Positions 27,892-45,700 of a DNA stretch of 64,000 bases are shown piece by piece. How positions within the stretch are numbered: the first letter of the stretch is position 1; every line of letters starts with the position of its first letter. The notes under the pieces were generated by a model. That model was not told where the DNA came from. It was given only the letters and a program-made list of their open reading frames with translations, and made no database searches. The stretch comes from Chrysomallon squamiferum (lineage: Eukaryota > Animalia > Mollusca). Both the position numbers and the translations under genes were made by a program. The stretch lies in assembly GCA_012295275.1 (NCBI GenBank), contig CM022671.1, positions 32,488,001-32,552,000 of the forward strand, read 5' to 3'.

Positions 27892-28208
27892 CGGTGCTAA
27901 ATTTAGACTTGTGAGGCCCTAAGCTACATAAAACCCTGACTTTAATTTTTTATTATTATTTTTTTTTTTAAATTACATCAGCTGGTTTCAGAAAACTTGA
28001 AAATGTATGTATGTTTTTAATTATTTAACAGCAAAGCGAACTTACTGATACCATGTTAAGAATTTGCTTGGCTTAATCTCTGTCATATTATAATATAGTT
28101 TAGATACCCTTGAAACAATATTTACATGTAATATATATACATATATAAAGCTGACTAAATATGTAATCCCTTATAAATTCAATATTTAAATGATAAAATC
28201 CGGCGCTG
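27892..28208. mobile_element. Possible decayed hAT-type MITE
   Basis: Right end aaaatccggcgctg is a weak inverted match to left end cggtgctaaattta, which is followed by gaggccc. This resembles CAGGGCCGGATTTA...GGCCC-type MITE ends. No target-site duplication is visible. Confidence 0.3.
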
Positions 28209-29118
28209 ACGGTAGCCATTGAAAGAATGACGTCATCACATTGTCGCGTTTCAGAGGCGTCGCGTATTTTTGAAGAGGGCTGAATATGTAAATTAATATA
28301 CGTATTTTAGCTTGAAAATTTACCACTGACTTGTAAGCTTCAAAATAAGCTTATTATGTACAAAGTTTTCTCTGATTTAAAAATAGAAATAAATGGTAGA
28401 TAACTAACAATAATTACAGCCAAATCTCGAAACGGTGAGTACGAAAATGAAAACGTTATCAGTTAATTTCAAACACAGGAAAAAGCTACATTTTACATGT
28501 GTAAAATAATAATAAAAATTGTATGTGTTGTACCATCAACAAAATTGCAGATAATGTTGTTAAAATCTAGCAACACCATCTTCCGTAATATCATGACTGA
28601 TAACCTGTAGTATATCTAAAGTGAATCATTAACCTTGATTGTACCAAAATAATTTTGTGTAAAAAAGTTATAAACTAAACGGTGTTAATTAATTAATTAA
28701 TTTAAGGTATACAAAATGAAAGTGGTGAGGTCTACATCAAATATTGCCTCATTTTTAAATGCTTTTCTCATCGACATTCTCAAAGTATTATTTACTTGTA
28801 ATTTTGTTTTTATTATTATTTTCTTGAACCCTCCGTTTCCTCCAGTACATCAACAACTAATATAAATAAATGAACTGTTTATATCTACAACGAGAAAAGA
28901 TAATTAGGATAATGAATTAAAATCTCAATAATAATTAATTATCTATTTCATGCCCAAACCTAATTTTCAAGACGTAGTTCTTTTTATTTCTTGTAAACAA
29001 ACAGTAACAAAACAACAAACACAAAAATACTAAAGCAATAGAAGTAATAATATTATTTTATATCAAACGATAAATAAATATCAGAAAATCTCTGACAATG
29101 AAATTAATTCGATTACGT

Positions 29119-32442
<3,324 letters not shown>

Positions 32443-33194
32443 CGTGGGAAAAGAAAAATAATAGTCGAAGACAGTCCAGGTTGATTTATTTAATTTTAAT
32501 AAACGTTTATTACATGCACATTCACACCTAATCACATATACACACACGCATACCCAAGAACACAGAAACAGACATCAATATAGTAAGTAGTAGGATAATT
32601 GTTGGTTTATATAAAGTACATAACTGCAAAATGTTATTAAGTCAAAATTTGTATCGTCGATGTTGCTTCATTCGTTATCTAAAGGTGTTATAAAGATCAG
32701 AGTCAAAATTCGTAAAACTTTTTTTTTTTTTTTTAAGTTTAGTTCAAATAGAAAGCAATGAGGTTTCGAATTTTTTCACAGAGTAACTGTCGAAAAACAA
32801 CTATGCAATTTACTAGTAAATAATATGTAAGATTGTTAAATGAAACGGCTGGAGAAGGCGACCTCGCTAAAATTACTGATATCACAGACTTCATTAAAAC
32901 ATTCAAAACGAAGGAAAATATTACATATGTGCTATACACCTATTTATATATATATATATATATATATTACAGGAAATATTTATAATTGCTGAACATTTCA
33001 GAAAGTATATTGACTGTTTAATTCACTCAGAAAATAAATGTAATTCCTGAAATCTGATGGTGAAAGTCACACACACGTATTTCCTGAAGTAATTAAAGAA
33101 ATGTATGCAACATGTTTCGTATGACATAAACACATCGGTGTGTTTCTAAGTAAATTTTATTGACAAATCATTATCGAGAAAGGAGCGACTGTGA

Positions 33195-33322
33195 ATGTTT
33201 TATGTGTTAACAGCGTGTCTGTTTAATATTGTCATTAAGCCTCCTGCAACCATTATTCAGATAGAATCTTCTGAAATACACTTCGTATGTAATCGACTTC
33301 AGTTTTCTTCTTTTTCTACATG

Positions 33323-33358
<36 letters not shown>

Positions 33359-33752
33359 AAGTATACGAAATTTTAAATAAATTTGAAGAAAATTTCAATG
33401 GTTATGCCACAATGTATAACAAAGTGTCCAGGTTTTCGAAAATTGGCTCAGAGAAAGTAGCGCTCGCTGCGTTCGATTCGTTCAAGCCTACCGACGTAAC
33501 CACAGTCAAAGAGAAAGACCGGATTGTACGAAAAAGGTAAACGGTTATAAACAAGGTGATACAGAAAAGAGATAAATGCTTGCACTTCTTGTCTCGACTT
33601 TCGATCAGCTTATGAGTAAAAAAAGGTCACAGCAAAAACAACAACCAGCATAATTAGGTACTTCACACGATTGTTTTTTGGGAAAAAAAAATAAAAATAA
33701 AAATAAAATAAAAGTCCAAGAAAATAAAATGTCAATGTAACAAATAAAAATA

Positions 33753-33834
<82 letters not shown>

Positions 33835-34257
33835 GATTTTTCAGATATATCGGGAAATATTTAGAATGTAGATTTTGGTCTTGTGATAATAGCTGTAATG
33901 TAATAATGAAAATGTTTTTCACTTGGGATACTACTACTACTACTACTACTATTACTACTACTAATAATCTTGTTGTTGTTGTTGTTTTTGTCAGTTCTGT
34001 TGTTGTTGATGTTTTTGTTAATATGATTAATTAATTATTTAATCAATGTTTATTATATTTACAGTGGAATTTTCGGCAAGTATAACTTAAGCCTGCACAT
34101 ATCGAGAAAAGATAATTTTTCCGAGATTCTCGCCAGTAATGCTGATGATTATGGCTACAGACAATTCTTCTTTATTTACAGCAGTGCTTGGAACCCTTTT
34201 ATTGTTTACCCCCAGTTTCAATATCCAGCTAAGGACGCAATACAGTTTCCGGGTTAA
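33195..34257 (+). CDS. Small putative secreted protein, paralogue B (divergent copy of the 29.1-32.4 kb gene)
   Basis: Confident exons 33362-33536 and 34065-34257 (TAA), with the same intron phases (1, 2) as paralogue A: YEILNKFEENFNGYATMYNKVSRFSKIGSEKVALAAFDSFKPTDVTTVKEKDRIVRKSGIFGKYNLSLHISRKDNFSEILASNADDYGYRQFFFIYSSAWNPFIVYPQFQYPAKDAIQFPG. Candidate first exon 33195-33288 (MFYVLTACLFNIVIKPP...SSEIHFV) is tentative. Absent from the ORF track. Confidence 0.7.
33759..33829. repeat. (AG)n microsatellite in the last intron of paralogue B
   Basis: Visible run. Confidence 0.95.
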
Positions 34258-35150
34258 AGGATTTAACTTAATGGAATTTATTAAAGTTTATAAAATTTTT
34301 TTAAAGTTTTAATGATTAAAGTCCTAACCAATCAAACTTTGTGTGTTCCTTAGAAGACCACTGGTTTATCATTACTGAAATAAAGAGAAAATATTTAAAA
34401 AAAAATGATCTTCAGTCTTTGACGTTAGAAATGTTAAACTTAATTATTAACAGTGTATTGACTGAGAATTAATTTCTTACGAATTTTTATTCTTTGTATT
34501 TATCTTTTTACTTTATTTTTTATTCTTTTGTTCACACACACACACACACACACACACACATGGACACACACACACATAAATATAGATCATACCAACAGAT
34601 CATCATATATTATCACACACACACACACACATATATAGATCATACCAACAGATCATCATATATTATCATAACGTGATGTAGTAATTTAATTTATCTGTCC
34701 ATTCATGCATAGTCTGAAACTGTTTTTGATATGTATTGTGGTTTTCTGACAGTAAATAGCGTATATCTCTTTTCGTTCATAGAAATTCCGACTCCCTTCG
34801 CTAGTAAAGAAATGAAGGAGTCATTCTTGTTTTATACGTCAGATCTCACCCTCTTACTTGTAGACGTATTCGTTTTCGTACTCAGGCACTGTATTAAGAT
34901 TTCGCATTAGTTTTAGCCACTCTTTTTAAATCTCAACAAAAACATTATTATAGAAAATGCTTTATTTTCAGTTACTGAGAAACTAGCAGCTTTTAGATAT
35001 AACATTTTATCTAATTTTTAAAAATGTTTAAAAAAAATTATAATAAAATGAATATTTTATGTCCAGTTCCGAATTCGCGGACAATATTTATATATAATTG
35101 CCAACAAACATTTTACAGAAAAAAAAAACAACCAACAATAAAACAAGTAC

Positions 35151-35185
<35 letters not shown>

Positions 35186-35293
35186 CAACAACAAAATTAA
35201 AAAATTAATAAAATTAATAAAATTAATAAAATAATAATAATAATAATAATGAAAATTAAATAAAAATGTACCAAAACAGCAACATCAACAAAA

Positions 35294-35331
<38 letters not shown>

Positions 35332-35965
35332 CAACAACAAACAACAGCAACAACAACAGCAATATCTCTCCCTTTTCAAATCGAATGTCAACAGTGAGAT
35401 GACGAGATTGTATTTACCCAATTATATCAGGCTCCAAAAATATATCTGAATATTTTCAGAGTTAACTCATAATAATAAGACCTGCAAAAATTCCATTTTG
35501 CGTGTCTACAAGTGCGCAGAAAAATACACGTGAATTCGAACTGGTGAGACTGTAGTGTATGATTCGATCTTCTCTAAATTACCCTCATTGTGTGTTCCAC
35601 CACTGAGTTTCTTATCAGCGGACGTCCAAAAACAAATCTTACAATTTTCTGTTCATTTAAGTCTCGTGTACATGAAAGTATATTTAGCAGAAGATCTGCA
35701 TCTTCACAGACCGACACTTCTATAGAACTGACTCTCCAGGAGGCGAGATTGTTATAACTCAGTCAGAATAATAAAAATAATAAAAAATAAATAATCGTTC
35801 GCCCCTTAACATTTCGCACCCTTAACGTCTGTCCTTTAATATACCTCGAGTTTATTACAGCAAGCTGGATGTCACTCAAGTTTTTGTGTGTCACTGAATA
35901 ATAATAATAACTATAGCGCATAATAAAAATTAGAAGTAAAGTCAAAGGCCTGGCATACTCTGACT

Positions 35966-35979
35966 GCCGCCTTAGCAAC
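35966..35979. promoter_or_regulatory. RFX X-box-like motif GCCGCCTTAGCAAC in the LRRC74 promoter region
   Basis: Strong TAGCAAC half-site about 560 bp upstream of the LRRC74 ATG and upstream of a candidate 5' UTR donor (TTG|GTATGT near 36142). Confidence 0.45.
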
Positions 35980-36543
35980 TCGAAACCCTTTCAAAACTGT
36001 ATTGATTTCTATTAAGCAGAACGCTATGCGGCATTCAAACCATACAAAGAAAGACAGCGCTTTTCAGACAACACACACATTGCAGGCTACCTGTATATAA
36101 CGGTTAACCAGCCGTTGGCTCAGGCTGCATTGTTTGGACTTGGTATGTTTATATATGTGTGCGAAACGGAAACAGTGTACTGTACAGGGTTAATGGGAGT
36201 TTGGGAAATGCCCTAGGAATGTGTAATATGTATGGATTTTGTATTAACGTTGGAGTTTGTCTATGACTGCATAGTAGAAAGAAAACAAAAAATCAAAATC
36301 ATTAAAAATATAAAAGCTTGGCAATGCTTGCGGTTTTTGTGTTTTGTATGAGCTGTTTTTAAAATCCGTACTGGATAGCTTTTTAAAGTAATAACTGAAA
36401 GAAGTTTTGGGTAAATCAGTGTTTATACTATCTTTGGAAACAAAAATTACTGTTAAAGAAAAATAAAATAATAATAATAATAATAAAAAAATAAATTGGA
36501 AGAAATATAATTTAGTTTTAGAAAGCTGTAAATCGTTCTAAAC

Positions 36544-37133
36544 ATGGAAGTTATGGCACCAAGACAAAGAAGATGTGGACACAAAACGGATTTAAAATCA
36601 AATCTGTTAAGTGACGAACTGAAAGTCGTTGAAGAAGAGGAGGAAATTAATGCAGCAGAAAGCGGCGAACAAAGTTTAACAACGCAGCAACAACCAAATA
36701 AAAATAACGAGCGTCCAAAAAAAGGTTCGCATGCAAAATTCACTAAAAGACGTCCTAAATCTAGCAATCCTAGAATAAATTACGAAGAATATGTACCAGA
36801 AAATGAAAATGTTTCGCCCATGGGTGAATACAACAGACTTGAATCGGATGGTGACACTGACAGTCATCAAAGGATGCCAGATCAAGGTGACAACGAGACA
36901 GGTGACTATCCAGGCAGTAACAAAATAAATGTCAGCAATCATCATTTTTCATCCAGTACGGAAAAACTGAGTTCGCTAGATGAAGGCTCGCTGTCGAGGA
37001 AGTCGCAGGGACGACCAGAAAGCAGAGGGTCCAGGTTGAGTAGTTCGTCTCTTCTGCGGTTAGACAGCCGACCCAGTACTGCAGGCAGGATTCAGAGCGC
37101 AGGAAGCAGAAAGGTGAGATTTACTTTGTAAAC

Positions 37134-37168
<35 letters not shown>

Positions 37169-40100
37169 TTAAATTGAGTTAATTTAAATAATTTATTTAT
37201 TTTATGATGTTTTCATGCTGTTTTTTTTTTTTGTTTTGTTTTTTTACGAATTAGCAGGATCATGTTTTAAAGATTTCATTTATACTGTTCTTTTCGTTTT
37301 TTGCTTTAAAAATAGCATCAGACAGGAATTTTAACATCTGAAACTTACTTCTGTTAATTTACTAAACAGTTACCCCACCATATATATATACACAGTATAC
37401 ATAAAAGATGGCAATTTCACTTCAGGTAGATAAATTCCTGATAAACTGAGGATGTTACCAGTTTAAAATAATTTACTCAGCTCATTGAGTTTATTTCTAC
37501 ATTTCCCAACAAACCATGATGGAAAAAAGAAATACTTTCTCCTTGCATTTTCATAATCTTGTTATTTTGTTTTTGTGAATTTGTATTAACAGAAACTCAA
37601 TTAAAAGCATAAATGAATGAATGTTTATTAAATTCATAATTTGATAATAGGGATTTGATTGTTTAATATTTAACAGACAAACATTTTTGTTTTGAACTAA
37701 TTTTATATTTAATTTAATATCAAGAGACAAAAATTTAATTTTGAACAGACAAGAAGTTTATATTAAAAACTTAACAGACAAGCTTAAATTTGTACAGACA
37801 AAAATTTAATATTTAACAAATTTAGTTTAGAGCACCCAAAGAATTCTATATTTAATATTTAAGAGACAGAAAATTTAAAAATGAATGGACAAAAAAGTTT
37901 TATTTAATACTCAACAGAAACATTTTGGGTTTAAATTTAACAATTTTATATTTAACATACCGAACAAAAAAATGTGCTTATTTCAAAACACTTAATACTT
38001 CAAAGGAATTTAATCTTTAACAAACAAAACTTTAATGTATAAAATTTAAATTAAATGGTATAACTTTCACTTTGGACGTAAAAAAATGACATATGAGTGG
38101 TAAATTATTTTAAAATATTTAAAACATTGTCACTATGGTAGGTGATAATGAGCTGATATTGGATTTCTGTCAAGTGATTCAGTGACAGTAACACTATATC
38201 TCATTAATGTATTTTCAATCTTTCTTACTGTTGTTTAAAAAAAAAATTAAAAAATTAATATATATTGTAATATAATTTACGTTTTTTGGGGTGATTATAA
38301 ACATTTTTTTTGTTTAAAATTAAAATGAAAATGGAGCTTTTGTTTACAATATATTTTACATCATGAAGAGATTTTGTTTATATTGTATTCTTTCTTTACT
38401 TACTTTGTTAATTAATATAAAAATAAAAAAGTAAAACAATGTTAATAATAAAATAAAAAAAGTAAAAAACACATTAATCCAGGATGCCAAAATATTTCAA
38501 TAATAATTATTATTTTTCATGTTCTGTTTACTGGCATCTAGATTAAACCTTACTTACACAGGTAAAGATATACATGTATGTATTAAGGTTAAATCCCATA
38601 TCATTCTCTCGGTCACTTACACACTCACTCATTTGCATGCAGTCACATGAACTTTAAAAGGTTTAATTAGTCTGAAATGTGAGAACACATTGTCCCACTT
38701 GACAAAGCCATGGTCAGGGAGTCAGGGAAAGGATTAGAAAACTGATAATTTCATTAATTTTTAATTAATTTTCCAGGACTCATGACAAAAATAAGCAGTA
38801 GCAGACTAAAACTAAATTATACTTACTTTTAACTGGACAGAACTAGATCTGACCAAACCAAGTATCTGGACAACTAAATTAGATTTGACAACTAGTCTAG
38901 TTTAGATTTGACTCAACACAATTTGGCAAACTTAGGTAAGTGTAGAGCAGATAAGACTTGAGTTTTAACAGCTAGAGAACTGAAGTACATTAGATAAGGC
39001 TGAAATAGCATAGATCCCATGACTAGATTAAACTTGAGTAGGAAGTTTGCTTACAGCACAGAGAACAGTGTACAGAAATTATCAGAATTATCAGTATACA
39101 AAAGTTATTTTGTTGTTACAGTTATTAAAGTTTTGTCTGTAGTAATAAAAAAAAAAAAAACCATAGGATAGTCTATTCATCAGATACACTGTTAGGTGGT
39201 TAGGCTATTTATTTACAATGTCACAAGTACACTTTAATCAGAAATAAAACAATAGCAACATAGAAAAGTACTGCCTTTAATATATCAATTACGAGCCTTT
39301 GGCTGGAATGGGAAATGAATAATAAAGATATTTGATGCAGTGATCAGTAATAATATTACTGAAGTACAGATAATTCTTAATCTTTGCATGTTGATGGTTT
39401 GTAGTCGAATGAAATGAAAAGAATTGATTTTCATATATTGTGTGTGTATGTGTCTGTGTGAGTGAGTGTGCACATATGTGTGAATGCATGTGTATATATT
39501 TGTGTATTTATGTGGTGGGTTGCATGTATATGTTTCTGTGTATATGCTTCTTCAAGCAAATAAAATGTATGTATATATTTCTAAATGTATTATATGTGTG
39601 TGTGTGTGTATCTATATATGTGTGTATGTGTATGTATATATGTATGTAGGTAGATACATATATCTGTATGTAGGTAGATACATATGTATGTATGTATGTA
39701 TATGTGTGTGTATGTATGTATATGTGAATGTGGGTCGGTGTGGTTGTGTTATGTATAAATGTGTGTGTACATTCAAGCGCTGTGACAGATACAACAGTTA
39801 ATTATTTCTTAATGAAAAGCTGTATTGATCATCGCTGGCACATCTATATATTATGCTTTACAGAGGTAAGGAAATTGGTTGCCATGGAAATTATGTCAAC
39901 AGGAAATGGTTATAGTAAAAACTCGGAGAAGCAGAATAAATCTAGTGAAAGGTGGTGATTAATATTGAATTTCTTTCCCCAGAACGTGATATTAATCTGT
40001 GAAAATGTCTCAGCCGTAATTTATCTGCATCTCAGCTGATCAATTTATTTCATGTTATACTTGTAGAATGTCCAAAAAAACACGAATAATGTGCTGTTGT

Positions 40101-42349
40101 TTACTGTCTGTTTGATTTTTCATTAGTGTCAGAGTTTCAGTTATATACAAAAACTGTTAAAGGTATATTGCATGATTCACAGCCACAGCAGATATCCCAA
40201 ACTTGTGAACAAGTGTGAAACATTACCATAACCCTAAAACCCCTTAATGTTCATACTGGCTGATATATTAATTTATTTGCCAGATTTTCACTACCTGTTT
40301 CTGTCATCCTGAGAGTTATTGCACATTTTATATCATGTTTCCTAAAGAAAGATAGGCAAACACGGACGCACAGACAGGGAGAGAGAGAAAAACAGACAAG
40401 GAGGTGTCGTTATCACGTTTTAGTGATTTATACATTTTGAAAGGCTTTTGAAAAACACAGACGCTGTGAGTCAGTGAGGTAGAGTGGAAAAAAGTGTTTG
40501 ATGTTTCGTTTTGTCAGAAATTAGTAAATTTAATACAAATTGGGAAAGAATGCCTATATGGAAAAGTGGAAGGAATTGAAACTTTTCACAAATATCCACA
40601 GTGTATTGTCTTGTTCTGATGAGTTATGATCAGTAAACTCATGTTACTATTGAGATTTTACACCTTGATGCTCTGGCTCCATTAAATGGGAAAATACTGC
40701 AGAAATAATATGTATATATGTATTTTTTTATTCAGAACTATGGCATGAATTTAGATGCTGCATTTTCAAACTGTGACTCAGAATCATTTTGTATTACATG
40801 TTATTTGTGATCCTTGAACATTTTGGTGTGTTAGAGATACACTGAAATAATTAGATGATGGAGTAAATATAGAAACAGTGTGTGTAAGTAAAAAGCAGAA
40901 AAAGCTGTTTTGTATGGATATCATGATTCCATGCAGAGAAACTGTTAAAAAAATAGTTTGGAATATTTGAAATTTATGGTTTTATCACAAATGTTAAATA
41001 ATCTATTACTCTGGAAATGTTGGATATGAAAACAAAAGTAAAAATAATGTGTCTAACATTCTGTTATTAAAGCATACTTAGAAATCCTGAATGTTTCTGT
41101 ATGGATGGATATTCCATGCAGACATTACAAGTATGACCATGTATTGTTAAAAAATCTCTGTTGATCATCGGATGATCAATACTGTGTCATGGAAATAGCT
41201 ATTGGACATTCCTAGTGAGCTTCCGACAGCATCAACTTGGACAAGCACACAGTATGAGTCTGCACATAGGTTTGAGTACTCACAGAGTTTAGAAATCATT
41301 CTTTGGATCTAAATGATGTCATTGTTAGTGTTTGTTATTTTAAAGATGATTTTTGTTGTGTTCATTAAGTTGAAATTCTGTTTGGATGTGTCAACCTGAG
41401 TTCTGTGATGATAATAAGGGCAGTTATTGAGTATATTTTATAAACAATCTCTGATATCTGTACATCCACTTCTTTTGCTCTAAACTGTAGATGCAGCATT
41501 TGTTTATTAAAACAGATTTTCATGTTGTCAGTGTAAATGCTTGAACATTATAAATTTTAATAGGATGTGTATACAATATATATATTTTTTGTATTATTAT
41601 TATTATTTTTTTAATATAAAGATATCTAACTGTTCTCAAATATATTAACAAAAATATATATATATATGTCATGGAATATAAAAAAGTAACTGCAGAATAA
41701 TTTCTGTAATTGCATCCGAGAAAATGAGAAAGGTATCGTCATAGTACAGAATAGACAAATGTGTATTATCTATTTTATCAAAGGTATTTATATATTATGA
41801 AGCATTAAAGAAACAGCAACATTATTAAGTATTATACAGATATCATCAAAACAGATATCTGTGTGCCATCAAATTTAACAAAGACACCTATATATTGATA
41901 CGAATTAAAACATGCATTCTTTCAGATGCAAATGTCTTTTTATTATGAAATAAAATAGAAGTAGCTGTAAATTATCAGCTATAAACAATCAGACAAAACT
42001 CTCGTAGTTAGCAGGTGCATATCCTGTTTGACGTAGTAAAACAAACAGCCATGTTCAAGTGTTGACAAAATCCTTGGTGAAAGGTTTGGAGGGGCTGACA
42101 GCAGGTCATATCTGGGTATGTGACTCTACACTGGTTGTGTCACTTCTCTGAGACATTAGGAAGAATTAGTGATTGTGATGGATGCTTTAGGATCACTTCA
42201 AACACAAAGACTGATTATAATGAAGGACAGATTGCAGAAAGGAAAAACACCTCCGAAGGTATGTCGGTTTTGTATTTTGTTTTGAACAAGTGCATATTTT
42301 GTACAGAACACTTTGTTTCATTTTAATATTAATGGTTATCAGATAAGAT

Positions 42350-42425
<76 letters not shown>

Positions 42426-42655
42426 TTGTTTTTGTTTTTTCTTCTCTGTTGTATAATGATGAAATCAGATAGGAAATATGCTGTTATTTATGAACTAAAT
42501 GAAGTTATTAAGCTGTTATTCTATGTTGATTTTCTTCATTTTAAAGCATTTGTATAAAATAGAAATTATTATGAATGCAGTCCTCTCATATAAACATAAA
42601 TTATGGTTTGCAACCTCATGTAAAACACATGACAGCTATCAAAATAAAGAGAAGA

Positions 42656-42718
<63 letters not shown>

Positions 42719-45700
42719 TGATAATAAATAAATAAATAATAATAAAATAAAATATATTTAAAAAAAAGCTTTGGTTTGACATCAGCTATGAACATCTGAC
42801 TGATTGAAGTTCTCCCAGGATAATCTTTATAGATTTAGGGTAAAAACTGTTATACAGAATGCTGAACCCAGGTTAAAACTTATTATACAGAATGCTGACC
42901 CCAGGGTTGAAGTTATTATACAGAATGCTGAACCCAGGGTAAAAGTTATTATACAGAATGCTGAACCCAGGGTAAAAATTATTATACAGAATGCTGAACC
43001 CAGGGCAAAAATTATTATACAGAATGCTGACCCCAGGGTAAAAGTTATTATACAGAATGCTGAACCCAGGGTAAAAGTTATTATACAGAATGCTGAACCC
43101 AGGGTAAAAGTTATTATACAGAATGCTGAACCCAGGGTAAAAATTATTATACTGAATGCTGAACCCAGGGTAAAAACTGTATTTAAATATCTCACCTCAG
43201 GTTTAATTTTCCATAGGATGAGTATTCTGTATCATGCTTGTATTCATCTTATTTATTATACAGGTTTTTCTTTAACATTTTTAAATTGTAAATGGTAAAA
43301 AATCATTAAATCAATTAATGACTGAAAGAAAAAAACCAAGATAATAATTTCCTGTAAGCAGCAATTCTTGTAGACTTGCTTAGAGTTAATAAATTATTTA
43401 TCTGATTTGTAAATCTTTAAAACATAAATGAGACTTCCGATTCCAGATGTATGTGAATAATAATGATCAATTTACAGAGAACTGCCATAAATACAGCGCA
43501 ACATATTGGATTATATCAAATTTATCTATTTTTCAGTATTTGCTGTTCTTCGTCACTTTGCTAAATAGTAAAATTTCCTATTCCAAATATATATAAACTG
43601 TATACAAAAGCTTGTGTAATAATAATGAATTTATTGATCTTTAATTCTTTGCTAAATAGTAATTAATCTTTAAAAAAAAAAAAAAAAAACATGTTTTACC
43701 AAACCAGATATAAATAAATTCTATGTTAAAGTCTGTGGTAAAAGCTGGGGTTTTGGTTTTTTTTTTTTTAATAATTCTATTATAATAATGATATGCTTAA
43801 CATGCCTGTAGTTTGAACCTGCTTACAAACACATGATATATTTTGGTTTTATCTCCACTTAGGAGTTTTTATGCAGTCTACCAACATCTGTTCTGTGTAC
43901 TAAAATGGTTTTATTATCTCACATGCACATTAAAGTGAAACACTATCACCAAGTAAAGAATTTAATGTAGATATCCATTCAGTGCCAAGAAATAATGTTG
44001 TGAAATTTAAAAATTTTACATGTTGTACTTTGCTTAAAAGTTCAGCTATCCTAGAGTTTCCCAACATGGACTTAAACCAAATATGTGGGCAATTTGAATG
44101 TGAAGTATTATGAAACAAATTTTTAATTTTAATTTTTATTTTTTTTGACTTGTTAATGGCAATGGCAGAGAAGTTGTGCCATGCAAAATAAGTAAAGTAT
44201 TAAATAAAATTTTAAACATGTAATAATATTTGCAAGCACTCTGTATCATTTTTACTATATTGTCAAATTTAATTTAGATACCTATATCTTGTCAAGAGAG
44301 GGGAATGAAAATCTTTTAGAAAGGTTGGAAAACAATAGCATAGCTCTCCCAACAAAAAAACAACAACATCCCAAACCCAAACAAAAACAAATAGAATAAA
44401 AAATTGAAAAAGATAATAATAATGAATAATCAAAGAAAAAAAACCTTAAAAGATTAACAGCAATGATAATAGTGATAATTATGATGATAATATGCACATA
44501 GTGCACATATCCTGTTGTTATTTTTTAATATATTTTTTATGTAGTCTGATCTACGTTTCTTTGTAACAAAAGTTCTCTCATTAACAGTAAATGCACCCAT
44601 TCTTTTCTGAAAGCCTGGGTCAGCCCTTTACGGTGTTGTTAAGCAAACATTAATGTCACAGACAGAACCAGGCGCACCTCTTTGATATTATACATGCTGT
44701 TAAAAGAACTGTTAAGAAATTATTTACAGTAGACTGCACACAATTATACTTTGTTATTGTTGTGGTCTGATCAAAGAGTTTTTAAAGGCCAAGAGTTAAC
44801 AGTGTTTTTCTGCGGAGTATAAAAACTGAACAAATGAATGGAAAAAAATAAATTAATTCTTTAATAACTCAGCTTGTAATGGTTATTTGAGATGAGAAAC
44901 TCGCACACTTTTAGCAGCAAGCAATCTTTTATATTCTGCTTATATCAGACAAGAATGCACCTACCTCAACCTTTGATAAACTAGAGTGGCTAGAATTGGA
45001 AAGTGTGCAACATATATATACTGAATAGAATTTGTTATAAACGGGATTGTTCCAAGATGTGTTATTATCATGGCCTGTGACTGTAATTGGAAAATTCCCA
45101 CTAGATGTATTTAATGGAATTGTTGCAGGGTTTGTTATTATCATGGGCTCTGAGTGGAATGGGTAAATGTCCAGCCTGTGTGTTAAGTAAATCACAGTAA
45201 AGGAATGAATTGTAGCTCACTGGCAAGGGTAGAAACATGAAATGTGATAGATGACATGATTAATACATCTGAGAGGTAATGTCAAAAGGGATTTTTGCTT
45301 TCTGAACAGACTTTGTAGTTGTATTCTTGTATGTGAGAAGGCAGGAAAACATATCAAATGTTAAAAACAATGTCAGTATGTACACACTGTCATCTCTCTA
45401 TCTAGATCCATGTGTATATCTATATCTATCTATCTGTCTATCTATATATTTGTCTAGCTGTCTATATGTCTCTCTAGCTGTCTATCTGACTAGCTATCTA
45501 TCTATACAAAGAGAAACCTCTATGTGATAAATATTACTGATGAAACAGATTGAAGTCTTGTGAGACTATCAGTAATTTTTTCATTGTCAGGTAAAAGTTA
45601 ATTTGGCTTTATTTAACAATACTGCTGAATAAACTTTGGGTATTTCTTTATGTAAAACCTGCATCAAGAGATTATTATTTTATAGAAAAAATTCAACTAA

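Noticed and set aside
42804-43298. 164-aa and 122-aa ORFs with 11-aa repeats on both strands
   Set aside because: Produced by a stop-free 33-bp intronic minisatellite; no convincing splice sites or domain.
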